A DNA stretch of 64,000 bases, taken from NCBI GenBank assembly GCA_963824995.1, contig CAWGRK010000014.1:1-64000 (forward strand), in the 5' to 3' direction. Source of the DNA: an uncultured Actinomycetes bacterium (GTDB taxonomy: Bacteria; Actinomycetota; Acidimicrobiia; Spongiisociales; DATADW01). Shown in pieces: positions 45,144 to 57,348 of the stretch (position 1 is the first letter of the stretch; every line of letters begins with the position of its first letter). Position numbers and translations under genes: made by a program. The notes beneath the pieces were generated by a model. It was given only the letters and a program-made list of their open reading frames with translations. It was not told the DNA's origin and did no database searches.

Positions 45144-45736
45144 TCAACCGGTCCCATCGACGGACGAACCGCATGATCTCGTCGGCCAGCCCGTCCCGGT
45201 CGAGCTCTCCGTCGGGCCGGTACCAGCGCTCGACCGCGTTGAGGATGGAGAGGATGAAGATGGCACCGAGCTTGGGATTGAGGTCGGAGCGGAATACGCC
45301 CTGGTCGATCACCTTGCTGGAGAGCACCTCGCGGAACGAGCCGCTCGTATCTGTCTCGTGCCGCGATGATCTGTTCCCGGTACTCCGGTTCGAGAGCCGA
45401 TGCCTCGTTGAGGAAGGTCCGAACCTCGTCGAGGTTGTCCAGAACCACCTCGAGGTGACCCACGACGAGCGCCCTGAGCCGGGCCTCCGCACCTCCATCG
45501 ACATCCTTGGCTCGCTCCGCCGACTCCTGAAAGAGCTGCGCCCCGGTGGCGACGACGTCGACCAGCAGCTCCTGCTTCGAACCGACGTGTGAGTAGAGGG
45601 AGGAGCCGAACAGCCCGAGCTCGGCACCGAGGTCGCGCATCGATGTGCCGTGGTAACCCCGCTCGGCAAACAGCCGCCCGGCGGCGCGGATAACGTCGTC
45701 GCGGCTGTTGCGCGCCGATGCCGTCGAGCTCACCAT
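45144..45736 (-). CDS. paaR: TetR family regulator (PaaR/KstR2-like), indels
   Basis: AAGRLFAERGYHGTSMRDLG...SLYSHVGSKQELL, ILSILN..RWYRPDG; downstream of paaE. Confidence 0.75.
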
Positions 45737-45753
45737 GTTCGCGGCGCTTCCTG

Positions 45754-45970
45754 CCTCCCCCGGTGAGGGGGAGACGCGAGCCAAGCGAGCGGAGGGGGTG
45801 ACTGGGAGAGGAGCACCGTTGGGAGTTCGCCAGCCCCCCTACCCGCTGCTGCCGCAGCGGGGCCCTTCCCCCCTGCGGGGGGACAGAAAGAAGGGCGCAG
45901 CGGGGCCCTTCCGCTCTACGCGGGAGACGGAGTAGGACTCCGCCGTCCGCCGTCCGCCGTCCGCCGTCTG
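45754..45970. repeat. Composite REP/CIR-like palindromic element plus CCGCCGT x4 array
   Basis: CCTCCCCC..GGGGGAG and CCCCCC..GGGGGG hairpins; 45817-45885 closely similar to 58265-58329; heptamers 45940-45967. Confidence 0.75.
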
Positions 45971-45975
45971 AACGG

Positions 45976-47048
45976 TCATACGTCGTAGTCCAGGACGACG
46001 TGGTCGGTGAGCGGGTGGCTCTGGCAGGTGAGGATCAATGCCCTGCTCGAGGTCGGTGTCTACCAGGGCGTAGTTCTTCTCCATCTCGACCTCACCCTCG
46101 AGGAGTCGGGCCTTGCACGAGGCGCACATTCCTCCCTTGCAGGAGAAGGGGAGCTCTCGGCGCACCCGCAGATGCGGCGTCGAGGATCTTCTCTTCGGGA
46201 CGCATCCGCACTTCCGAGCTTGCGTCCGGCAAGGGTGAACTCGACACCGACTGCGCCTTCACCGGGTGGTGGTTCGGTGGGGAGTGCCTCCACGTCGAGC
46301 GGGCCGGCGAAGAAGAGCTCGTCGTGGATCTTTTCGGCTCGACGCCGCGCTCCTCGAGCAGGTCACGGGCCTCACCCACCATCTCGAAAGGACCGCAAAG
46401 GAACCACTCATCGACCGTTGCGGCGTCGGTGACGGTGGCAAAGAGCTTCTCCAGCTTGTCCCGGTCGATCCGCCCGGCGAACAGCGGGACTTCGGGCATC
46501 TCCTGGCTGAGTACGTGCACGAGTTGCAGGCGATCGGGGTAGCGGTCCTTGAGGCCCTGCAGTTCGTCGAGGAACATCACCGTGCGGGCGGAGCGGTTGC
46601 CGAAGATCACCGTCCATCGACTCGCCGGCTCGGATTCGAGCGTGGTCGATACCAAGCGAGAGGACCGGCGTTATCCCCGAGCCCGCTGCGATGGCGGCGT
46701 AGTGGTGCTCCGCCTCGGGGTCCGGGGTGATGGTGAACTCGCCCACCGGGGGCATCACGTCGAGCATGACGCCGGGCCGCAGCTCGTTCACCGCCCAGGT
46801 GGAGAAGGCGCCACCGCCGAGTCGCTTGATGCCCACACGGAGCCTCGCCGTGTTGGCGTTGGCGCAGATCGAGTAGGAGCGGCGCACGTCGCGGCCGTCG
46901 ATCATGGCCCGCAACGTGACGTGCTGGCCGGGGAGGTAGCGGAAGCTGTCGGCCAGCGGCTCGGGCACATCGAGGGTGACCGCAACCGCGTCGTCGGTGA
47001 GCGGGGCTACCTCGGATACACGCAGCGGGTGAAAGCGGGGCGTACCCA
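45976..47048 (-). CDS. paaE: Phenylacetyl-CoA epoxidase reductase subunit (PaaE/PaaK), indels
   Basis: FHPLRV, PGQHVTL, RRSYSIC, AAGSGITP, FLCGP, PFSCKGGMCASC, LTCQSHP. Confidence 0.92.
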
Positions 47049-47050
47049 GC

Positions 47051-47515
47051 TCAGCAGCTCCTTGAAGAGATCGAACGGCTCGCCGCAACTGGTGCACACC
47101 AGCAACGCCTTGCATGCGGTGGAGCCGAAGAAGGAAACGGTACGGGCGCCAGCCGCCCGACAACGGGGACAACGCGCCTCGTGGACAGGGGATGGCGGGG
47201 CGATGCCGTACTCCTCGAGCTTGCGTCTGCCCTCGGCGCTCATCCAATCGGTCGTCCAGGCCGGGGTATGAACGGTGCGCACCTCTACCTCCCGCCCCGG
47301 GAGCGACCCGACGATCGCATCCCTTATCGCATCCATCGCCGGGCAACCCGAATAGGTGGGAGTGATGGTGACCGACGACCCGTCCCTCTTCGATGGATAC
47401 GTCGCGCAGGATCCCGAGGTCGTCAATCGTCAGACACCGGGATCTCGGGGTCGGTCACCGAGGCGATCACGGAGCGGATCTCGGTCAGGTCATCGGTGTC
47501 GATCCTGGTGCTCAC
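47051..47515 (-). CDS. paaD: Phenylacetyl-CoA epoxidase subunit PaaD (PaaJ), indels
   Basis: DPEIPV, ITPTYSGCPAM, PAWTTDWMS, CPRC, FGSTACKA, EPFDLFK. Confidence 0.92.
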
Positions 47516-48249
47516 CACACCGCCTCCGGCATGCTGCGGGCCAACCACTGCATCTCGGCCACCAGCTTGCCGAGGTGCTCGGTGTGGTAGCCCTCGCGGC
47601 CGCCGATCCGCTGCGAGGCGCCGGCCAGGCGTCTCCAGCCGAGCCTCGGCGAGCACCTTCCCGATCCTGTCCTCCCAACCCGGCCGCAGCGTCGCCGGGT
47701 CTACCCCGATCGCGGCCTTCGTCATCTCGTGGTCGATGTCGTCGCCCTCGAACAACTCGCCGGTGAATCGCCAGAGGATGGTCGACGCATCCTGGGTCCG
47801 CCTATGGCTCTCCTCGGTGCCGTCACCGAGACGGACCACCCATGTCGCCGAGTGGCGGAAGTGGTACCTGGACTCCTTGAGCGCTTTGGCGGCGATCCCG
47901 GCCAGCGTCTGATCGGTCGATTGGCTGAGTGCTTCCCAAAGCTCCAACTGATAGCCGTCGAGCAGCATCTGGCGGATCTGCGTCTGGGCGAAGTCGCCGT
48001 TTGGTTGTTCGACCAGGAGGAGGTTGGTGAATTCCCTTTCGGAGCGGCCCATGGCGAAGTCGTCTTCGTCGGGCCCCGTCCTCCAGTTCGGCCGGCATGG
48101 GTGAGGAGCGCCCGGGCCACGCCGAGGTGGTCGAGGGCGATGTTGGCCAGTGCGATGTCCTCCTCCAGTTCAGGCCCCCGGCTGATCCACTCCCCGAGCC
48201 GTTGCGCCACCACGAGGTTGTCGTCGGCGTGACGCAGAACGTATTTCAC
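47512..48249 (-). CDS. paaC: Phenylacetyl-CoA epoxidase subunit PaaC (PaaI), indels
   Basis: ADDNLVVAQRLGEW..GPELEEDIALANIALD, EQPNGDFA, RLGDGTEESH, HTEHLG; in-frame GTG at 48303 is an alternative (leaderless) start. Confidence 0.92.
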
Positions 48250-48309
48250 ATGGGAGTCTCCCCTGGGGACCGGGGTGCCCTGCGGTGGTCCGACGATCGT
48301 CACGAAGTC

Positions 48310-48338
48310 ACGCTAACGAACGATCGTTCGTTAGGCAA
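48310..48338 (-). promoter_or_regulatory. paa promoter with PaaR-type operator
   Basis: TTGCCT-N17-TAGCGT overlapped by perfect 22-bp palindrome CTAACGAACGATCGTTCGTTAG (48313-48334). Confidence 0.8.
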
Positions 48339-48340
48339 GG

Positions 48341-49285
48341 TCAGTCGGGGTGGAAGGGTCTCCCCAGCCCGGATGGGCGCGGGACCGGCTACCAGAAAGC
48401 GGAGCGCCTGGTTTCGCTCGGTGAGGTGGCGCAACCAGGGCCGGTGGATCAACACCAGCGTGAAGATCATCAGCGGGAAGGGGAGCAGCGGAAGTACCTG
48501 CGACAGGCCGGGTAGGACCGGCTGCAGACGGAGCGCTACGACCTGGAATACCCCGAAGAGGTAAGCGCCGAAGGCAGCCCGGACCGGGTTCCACCCCCCG
48601 AAGATGACGATCGCCAGAGCGATCCAACCGAAGTTGGCGGTGAGGCCCTCGCGCCACCCCAACTTGACGTCGAGCGAGAAGGCGGCACCTGCCACGCCGA
48701 CCAGGGCACCTCCGGCGAGCGTGGCCAGGACGCGGGATAGGGTCACCGGGACTCCCACGTGCGAACGCCGCTTCGGGCCTTTCCCCGACCCCGCGGAGCG
48801 CCAGACCGCTCCGGGTCCGGTACAGGTAGAACGCCGACCCGACGATCAGCAGGTAGCTGGCGTACACGACGATGTTCTGCGAGAAGAGGACCGGGCCGAG
48901 CACCGGGATCTCGGAGAGCAACGGGATGCTGAGTGAGGGGACGCCCGGCCCCGCCACGCCGACAAAGGGCGTTGCCGAGGTAGTCGCTGAGGTCGATGGC
49001 GAGGAGGGTGAGGACGAAACCGGCGGCGATCTGGCCGACACCGAGGCGGATCCCGGCGTAGGCCACGACACCGGCCAGGGCCATCGACACCAGCGCGGCG
49101 GCGACAAACCCGAGCAGGGTGTTCCCGGTGGTCGTCGCCACGGCGAAGCCGGTCATCGCCGAGAGCATGAGGCTCCCCTCCAGACCCAGGTTGACCACCC
49201 CGGCCCTCTCGGTGATGGTCTCGCCCACTGCGGCGAAGACGAGCGGTGTGGCGGCGGCGACGATCGAGGCGAGCGCAGCTTCCAT
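48341..49285 (-). CDS. Nucleoside ABC transporter permease, indels
   Basis: TPLVFAAVGETITERAGVVNLGLEG, GWIALAIVIFGGWNP. Confidence 0.9.
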
Positions 49286-49286
49286 G

Positions 49287-50314
49287 TCAGGGCTCCTCGA
49301 CCAGGGGCGGCGCCTTCTTGGCACCCCGGCCCCCGAGGAGGAGGGCAACCAGCACCCCGACACCGAGAACGACACCGGAGAGCGAGGAGTCGACGTCGAG
49401 CCGGAGTTGGAGTTGGGTCCCGCCGGCCGCCACCGCCACAAAGACCAGTGCCAGCGGACCGATCCAGAGGACGCGGAAGCCGGCGAGCAACACCACCAGG
49501 ATCCCGAGGAACCCATATCCCCCGGACACGGCGGGGACGAGCTTGTGGTGGAAACCGAGTCGCCTGCATCGCTCCGGCCAACCCGGCGAGGGCGCCGCAC
49601 AGGGCGAAGGCGCCCAGAAGGTATCGCTCGGTGCTGATCCCGAGCACCAGAGCGCTCTCGGGGTTGCCTCCCACGGCGCGCAGCCGCAGCCCGGGCCGGG
49701 TGCCGCGCAGCAGCAGGCCGACTCCCACCAACCCGACGAGTGCGATCCCGATGGCGAGCGGTGAGAGCCTCAGGTTGGGCAGAGTGGGGAGCCAGGCTTC
49801 GACCCGGAAGACGTCGGTGCCGCTGGTGGAGGCGATCCCTTGCCGCTGCCATGGTCCGAGGATCAGGTAGACGGCAAGACCGGCAGCGACGAAGTCGAGC
49901 CCGAGACCGCCGAAGATCTCGTTGACGCCGCCCCTGGTGCGGAGCAATCCCGCCAAGCAGCGCCCAGACGACGCCGCCCGCCAAGGCGGCGAGCAGGCTG
50001 CCGGGACCACGACCCACCCCGGGCCGGGGAGCGACCTGGCCACCCAGGTCGCCGCTATCGCCCCGGCCACGATCTGCCCCTCGATTCCGATGTTCCACAA
50101 ACCGGCGGTGAAGGTCACCACCAAGCCGGTGGCGGCGAGCACCAGCGGCACCCAGGCCATCAGCGTGTCGGAGACCTTTGCGGCGGAGCCGAAAGCACCC
50201 TCCCAGACCAGTCCGACGCCTCGCGTGGGAGGGACGCCTGCGATCGCGAGCAGGACGGCACCGACGCGCAAGCGCGGCGATGACCGGAAGGGCGAACCGG
50301 ACGACTCGCTTCAC
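49287..50314 (-). CDS. Nucleoside ABC transporter permease, indels
   Basis: AGLWNIGIEGQ, VNEI, GYGFLGILVVLL. Confidence 0.9.
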
Positions 50315-50318
50315 GAGC

Positions 50319-51761
50319 TCACGCCGGCGCCAGCCCACCGATGAGGTGGCCCAACTCGGAGATGGTGGCGGTGGCGGTGATCGACCACCCCCACGACCTC
50401 GCCGGCGAAGAACACGGCGATCCGGTCGCTCTGGGCGACGAGCTCGTCGAGGTCGCTCGAGGTGAAGACCACGGTCGCGCCCTCGCCGTCGCCTTCGGTC
50501 GAGTTCCGACCAGACCCAACGGGCCGACTCGAGGTCGAGGCCACGGGTGGGCTGCTCGAACAGGAGGAGCCGGGACCTTCTCCGGGGCCATCGCCAGCAT
50601 CAGCCGTCTGCTGGTTGCCGCCGGAGAGCACGTCGGCCAGCGTCCCCGGTCTTCCCCTGATCTGGTAACTGGCGATGATCGAGTCCGCCCGCTCCTCGGA
50701 CGCTCCCCAATCGATGGTGAACGAGTCGTTCGGAGCCGTCAGCTCGAGGTGCTCGGTGACGCTGAGACCGGGAATGAGCCCTTCTTCGAGCCGCCCCGCC
50801 GGCACGTAGTGGATCTCGTCCGAACGGGTCTCCGGGTCTGCCCCTTCGAAATGGATACTGCCCCGAGGACGGCTGCAACCGGCCGGCGCAGGCCCGCAGC
50901 AGGAGCCGTTGTCCGCTCCCCTCCAAGCCAGCCAGCCCGAGCGCCTCCCCTCGGCGCACCTCGAGGCTGATCGGACCGGCGCTCGCCCCGTCCTCGGCGA
51001 GTTCAACGCCCGATCGATGTCGAGCGTCACATCGCCAAGCGCTACCCGCTCCCTCGATGGCGGTTCCACCGAGCGGCCGAACATCATCTCGACCAGTTGT
51101 CGGGGAGGAGCAGGCAACTCGGTGTGACCGGCAACGCTGCCGTGGCGGAGCACCGTTACCCGCTCGCACAGGTCGGCCACCTCTTCGAGCTTGTGGGACA
51201 CGAAGAGCACGATCAGCCCCTCGCCGGCCAGCGTGCGAAGGGCTGAGAAGAGTTGGTCTCGCTGCTCCTCGGTGATGCCGGTGGTCGGCTCGTCGAGGAT
51301 CAGCACGTTCACCCCGAGCCAGAGCAGCCGGATCATCTCGTGCTGCTGGCGCGCTCCGACGCTCAACCTCGCCGCGTTGACGTCGGGCAGGAAGGGGAAC
51401 CCAAGCCGGTCGGCGATATCGGCCAGTGGTCGGCGGCGGTCCGGCTGCTGCGTTCCGACCCGAGCAGGGCGTTGTCGAGCATCGTCATGGGGAGGAACAC
51501 CAGCGGATCCTGATGGAGCATCCCGATCCCTGCCTCGGCCGAGTGGCGTGGCGATCCCGGTGGGAGCGGTTTGCCGTCGATCAACACCTCTCCCGAATCG
51601 GGTGCGAGGAAACCGGAGATGATCTTCATCAGGGTCGACTTGCCTGCGCCGTTCTCCCCGAGGACGGCGTGAATCGTCCCCGATTCCACGCCGAGCGAGA
51701 TGTCGCGGTTGGCCACGGTCTGGCCGAACCGCTTCTCGATGTTCCGCAGCTCGAGGTGCAT
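50319..51761 (-). CDS. Nucleoside ABC transporter ATP-binding protein, indels
   Basis: [29 protein letters not shown]. Confidence 0.9.
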
Positions 51762-51779
51762 CCGCCGTCCCCGGCCGGT

Positions 51780-53135
51780 CTATTCGCTCGAGCTCGCTCC
51801 CACCATGCCTTCGAGCAACTGGGGCATGTACCAGATCTGGGTGTCGGTCGCCTCCTCGCCGTCCTCGAGGAACACCGACCCGTCCTGGAAGTTGAGCGGC
51901 CCGGTGAACAGGTTCGCCGACCCATCGGCCAGGGTCCCGATGAAAGCCTCGACGTCGGTGGCGACCTCGGGGGAGAGACCCTCGCCGTTGATCCACCCCA
52001 CAGCCGAAGTCTCCGGGTTGTTGATGTCGGACCAATCGGGTGCGTTCCAACTCGAACCCGGCTTCGAACGTCCCGTCCACCACCGATTGGGCGATCTCGA
52101 GATACGCAGGGCGCCCAGTTGAAGTAGGGGACGCCGAGACACGCCGCGGGCGCTTCTTCGCAGGCACCCTCGAAGTCGTAGGGAACCGCCCACACCGCTT
52201 CGTCGGCGGCGAACCGCTGTCCGGCCCGCACCACGGCCTCGGTGGTGTCGATCCCACTGATCACCACGTCGGCACCCGAGTCGAAGAACTCGTTGGTCAC
52301 CTGGGTCGGGTCGAGGGTCTGTCCGGGGATGTTGAACCAGAACCCGATCCAGTTGACGGTGAAGCTGAGGTCGGCAGGATCGTTCCCGGCACCCTCCCAG
52401 CAGTGGCGGGCACCGAGGTAGGCCGAGTTGACCAGACGCCTGGTCTCGTCGTTGATCAACGGTCCGAGATAGCCGATCTGGCCGGTCTGGGTGGTGAGGG
52501 CGGCGGCGCAGCCGGCGATCATCTTGCCGTACTCCATCCGACCCATCACGTTGCCCAGGTTGGTGAGGTTGGCCCGGTAGTCCTGGCCCTCTTCCCAGGC
52601 GCTGTCACCGGATGACCAGATCATGGGAACGTCGGGGTTGGCGGCGGCGGCCGCCAGGATGCCGTCCTTCATGTCGTCCGAGGTGGCGAACACCAGTTGC
52701 GCCCCCTGAGAGACCATGTCGTCCACGACCTGCTCGACGCTTGTCTCGGGGCGGTCGGCCGGGTTGACCGTGTCGAGCGAGATCATCGAGGCGCCGAGTT
52801 GCTCCTCGAGATACTGCCCGGCCTCGAAGTGCGCTTGCGACCAACCGTGGTCGTTCTCGGGGCCGACCAGGACCATCCCGAAGGTGAGCTCACCTCCGGC
52901 CGAGGCGGTGGTCTCGGTGGCCGGGGTGGTCTCGGGAGGGGCCGTGGTCTCGGCACCGCTGGTCTCGGTGATCACGGTCGTCTGCACCTCGCCGGTGGTC
53001 GCAGAGGTGGTTGTCTGCGGTGGTCCCCGGTCGGCCGGGGTGGTGTCGGTGCGGGCCCTGCGTGCAGGCCGCTGCGATCAGAGCCAACAGCACGGTGAGT
53101 GAGAGGACGGGTCGAACCGGCTGTCGTCTCCGCAT
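51780..53135 (-). CDS. BMP family purine nucleoside-binding lipoprotein, indels
   Basis: GGAGG RBS; lipobox IAAAC, Thr-rich linker, VGPENDHGWSQAH, WIGFWF, ACLGVPYFNW. Confidence 0.88.
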
Positions 53136-53210
53136 GTGATGCACCTCCGCTCGGAGGAGGCGATCATACGGTCCGAGGTGGCCGCCCGACTGACGCGCTT
53201 GAATCAATTC

Positions 53211-54240
53211 ATGCGCGATCTGGTCAGGGCACTGCCCAAGACCGAGCTCCATGTTCACATCGAGGGGACTCTCGAGCCGGAGATGATGTTCCGGCTGGCG
53301 GCGCGCAATGGCGTCGAGGTTGGATACCGCACCGTCGACGAGGTGCACGCCGCTTACCGATTCCTCGATCTGCAGTCGTTCCTCGACATCTACTACCGAG
53401 GAGCCGCAGTCCTCCGCACCGCAGAGGATTTCGCAGACCTGATGCTCGCCTACCTGGAGCGTGCCGCCGCCGACGGCGTCCGCCACGCCGAGGTGTTCTT
53501 CGACCCCCAGACCCACACCGGCCGGGGTGTCGGGTTCGACGTCTTCCTGCCGGCACTGCATCGGGCGTCGGTCGAGTCCGCACGAGCGGCTCGGGATCAC
53601 CTCGTCGCTCGATCATGTGCTTCCTCCGCCATCTCACCGCCGCCGAGGCTGAGACGACGCTTGGATGCGTCGCTCCCGTACCGGGAGATGATCATCGGCG
53701 TCGGACTCGACTCCAGCGAGGTCGGCAACCCACCGGAGAAGTTCGCCGATGTGTTCGAACGGGCCCGGTCCACTCGGTTTCCGGGTCGTGGCCCATGCCG
53801 GTGAGGAAGCGCCCGCGTCATACGTGTGGGGTGCGCTCGACATTCTCGGCGCCGAGAGGATCGATCACGGTGTCCGCAGCGAGGAGGATCCGGCCCTGCT
53901 CGACCGACTCGATCGAGCAGCGGATCCCGCTGACGTGTGCCCGCTGTCGAACCTGGCGCTGCGGGTGGTCGATCGGCTCGAGGACCACAACCTGAAGCGC
54001 TACTCGATCGAGACATGGTGGTGACGGTCAACTCAGACGACCCGGCGTACTTCGGTGGGTACGTGCTCGACAACTACATGGCGGCGGCGGCGAGCCTCGA
54101 CCTCACGGCTGGGGATCTGTGCCGCTTAGCCGCAACTCGATCGAGGCGAGCTTCATGAGCGAGGAGAACAAGGAACGAATGGTCGCCGAGTTGTTCGCGT
54201 GGCGGAGGAGCACGGGGTGGCCACCACCCCCGCACCGTGA
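53211..54240 (+). CDS. add: Adenosine/adenine deaminase, indels
   Basis: LPKTELHVHIEGTLEP, FFDPQTH, GLDSSE, HAGEE, RIDHGV, CPLSN, NSDDPAYFGG. Confidence 0.92.
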
Positions 54241-55586
54241 GCGGCCCGGTGGACTTCGTGGTGCGCGGCGCGCGAGTGGCGCTTCCCAGTGGGTTGCAGC
54301 CGGCGGCCGTCCTGGTGGGCGAGCGGCCGTATCACCGCGGTGGTCGCTCATGACGACGCACCGCCAAAGGGGTCGAGGTCCTCGATGCGGGCCAGCGGTT
54401 GGTGTTCCCCGGGTTGGTGGACAGCCACGTCCATGTCAACGAGCCGGGTCGGACCGACTGGGAAGGGTTCGCCACCGCCACCGCCGCTGCAGGCGCCGGG
54501 GGAACCACCGCAATCGTGGACATGCCGCTCAACTCGATACCGCCCACGATCGACACGACCGTCACTCCTGATCAAGCGCCGGGCCGCCACAGGTGTGTGC
54601 GCCGTGGACGTCGCCTTCTGGGGAGGGCTCACCCCCGATTCGGTCGACGAGATCGAGGCCGCTGGCGGTTGAGGGGGTTTGCGGGTTCAAGGCATTCCTC
54701 GTCGATTCGGGCGTTCCCGAGTTCCCGCATGTGACCGAGGACGTGCTGAGGAAGGCACTGCCCAAGCTCGCCTCCCTCGGTCTCCCGCTGCTGGTCCATG
54801 CCGAGCTTCCCGGGCTCATCAGGAACTGCCCGTCGGGCGGTTCGTATCTCGATCACCTGGCAGCGCGCCCGTCGGCGGCGGAGGATGCCGCGGTGAAGAT
54901 GCTCGATCGATCTCGTCGAAGAGACCGGTGCTGCGATCCATGTCCTCCATCTCGCATCGGGTGATGCTGTCGAGTTGATCGCCAGCCGCCCAGCGAGCGC
55001 GGTCTGCCAGTCACTGCCGAAACCTGCCCCCACTACCTGGTGTTCGCTGCCGAGGAGATCGATCCCGCGGGCGACCGTGTTCAAGTGCGCCCCGCCGATC
55101 AGGGAGCGGAGACACCAAGAGCTGCTGTGGGAGGGACTTGCCGCCGGCGTGGTGGGGATGGTGGTATCCGACCATTCCCCGGCTCCTCCAGAGATCAAGC
55201 AAACCTCGGGCGACTTCGCCGTCGCCTGGGGCGGGATCTCGTCGCTGCAGCTCAGGCTTGCTGCCACCTGGACGGCGGCGCAGCCGCCCGGGGTATCGCC
55301 GTCGAGACGCTGGTCGATTGGCTGGCAACGGCTCCGGCGACGCTCGCCGGGCTCGCCAAAGGGACGATCGAGCCGGGGAAAGACGCCGACCTGATCGTGT
55401 GGGATCCCGAGGCCGAGTTCGTCGTGGAGGCCGTCCGGTCTCCACCATCGGCACCCGGTGAGCCCATATGAGGGGATGACGATGCGCGGTGTCGTCGAGA
55501 CAACCATCGTGCGCGGTGAGGTCGCGGCACGGGGTGACGAGGTGCTCTCGCAAAATGGGGCGCTGCTGGCGAGGGAGCACCGATGA
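54237..55586 (+). CDS. allB: Allantoinase, indels
   Basis: [68 protein letters not shown]. Confidence 0.92.
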
Positions 55587-57040
55587 CCGAGGGCCTGGTC
55601 GATCTCGCCTCGGAGGCGGTGGGTGGCGCGGTGCTGGCGGCAAATGATGAGTTCTTCGCCCCGGCGTCCAACCTGGTCAAGGCGCACCCCCCGGAGTGGC
55701 GGGAGGGCGTATACACCGACCGCGGCAAGTGGATGGACGGGTGGGAGAGCCGTCGGCGCCGCTCGCCGGGACATGACTGGTGCATCATCCGACTCGGCAT
55801 CGCCGGCGAGGTCAAGCGGGTCCTGGTGGACACCACCCACTTCCGGGGCAACTACCCCGAGGCCTGTTCGTTGGAGGCGTGCGGGGTGGGCCTGGACGAC
55901 GCTCTGCCCGGCGCAACGTGGGAGGGATTGCTGCCCCGCAGCGAGTTGAAGGGCGACGAGGTCAACGACTTCGATGTGGATGGGGGACGAAGGGTCACCC
56001 ATCGTCCGTCTCAACATCTTCCCCGACGGCGGTGTCGCCCGTCTCCGGGTCCTGGGCGTTCCGCTTCCCGCCCTCCAGGAGGTGGCGCCGGAGGGAGCGA
56101 CTCCCCGATCTCGCCGGTGCCGTGGTCGGGGGAAGCGTCGTCGATTCCAGTGACGACTTCTTCGGGTCGGCCGATGCACTGCTCCGGCCCGGTCCCTCGA
56201 CTCGGGGATGTTCGACGGTTGGGAGACCCGTCGCCGGAGAGGCGAGGGGAACGACTGGGTCAAGGTGCGGCTCGGGCTGCCCGGAACCCCACGTCAGGTC
56301 CTGGTGGACACGTCGCACTTCAAGGGCAACGCTCCGGGGTGGGTTGCGGTCGAGGCCTCCGAGCCGACGGCGAGCGATGGACCCCGATCGTGGAGAGACG
56401 CTGGGTCGGCGCCAACCGCCAGCATCTCTTCGAGGTGGAGGGCGATGTCGAGGCTGCGCTGGTCCGCCTCGACATCTTCCCCGACGGCGGTGTCGCCCGT
56501 TTCCGGGTCTATGGTGACTCCGATACCCTCCGCCGAAGGAGCAGGTCCGGGTCCGCTACCTCAACGCGCTCTTCGAGGATGAAGCACATCGCTTCTTCGG
56601 AACAGCCTGCGGGTCGGAGCGCTGGGTGGAACGATGGCCGCGGGACGCCCTTTGCGAGCGGGGCAGCCGTGCTCGAGGCTGCCGAGGCAGGCTTTCGACA
56701 CGCTCGAGGATTCGGACTGGGAGGTGGCCTTCGCCGCCCACCCACGGATCGGGGAACGGTCCGGCGGGATCCCGGGACGGGAGCAGGCGATGGCGGCGGC
56801 GACCGCCACCGGTCGGAAGAGGAACTGGTCGTCGGGAAACAGTCCGGTACGAGGATCGGTTCGGGCGGTCCTTCATCATCGCCGCCGAAGGGAGGACCAC
56901 GGGTGAGATCATCGATGCATTGGAGCGACGCATGACCAACGACCCGGAGACGGAGCGAGACGCGGCCGCCACCGAACAGCGATTGATCACCGAGCGGCGC
57001 CTGCGGCACATGCTCTGTCTCGGGACCGGTTCGACCATGA
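55583..57040 (+). CDS. alc: Allantoicase fused to OHCU decarboxylase, indels
   Basis: NDEFFA, GKWMDGWESRRRR, DTTHFRGNYP, IFPDGGVAR x2, DGWETRRRR; then ACGS..W, AFAAHPRIGE, YEDRFG..FII, EQRLIT.RRL. Confidence 0.85.
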
Positions 57041-57348
57041 CCAGGGTGAGCACCCACGTGCTCGACCTGCGAGACGGGCGGTCCGGCGTCGGGGATCACG
57101 GTTCGGCTGGAGCGGCTCGGCTCCCGATGGGGACGACCTGGTGGGCAAGGCGGTGACCGACGCGACGGCCGGGTGGACGACTTCGGTGACGCGGCGGACT
57201 CCTGCGACCATCTGATCACGTTCGAGACCGCCGATCATCCCTTCTACCCGGAGGTCGCTGTCGTCTTCCGTGTGACCACGGTGACGACCACCTCCACATT
57301 CCGTTGCTGCTCAGCCGGTTCGGGTACACGACCTATCGGGGCAGTTGA
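57037..57348 (+). CDS. uraH: 5-hydroxyisourate hydrolase, indels
   Basis: STHVLD, FYPEV, HIPLLLS, C-terminal YTTYRGS. Confidence 0.92.

Noticed and set aside
53144..53157. CCTCCG/CGGAGG hairpin over the BMP gene RBS as a purine riboswitch
   Set aside because: Intergenic region is only about 75 nt and lacks the purine riboswitch core; a 6-bp stem with 2-nt loop is not significant at this GC content.
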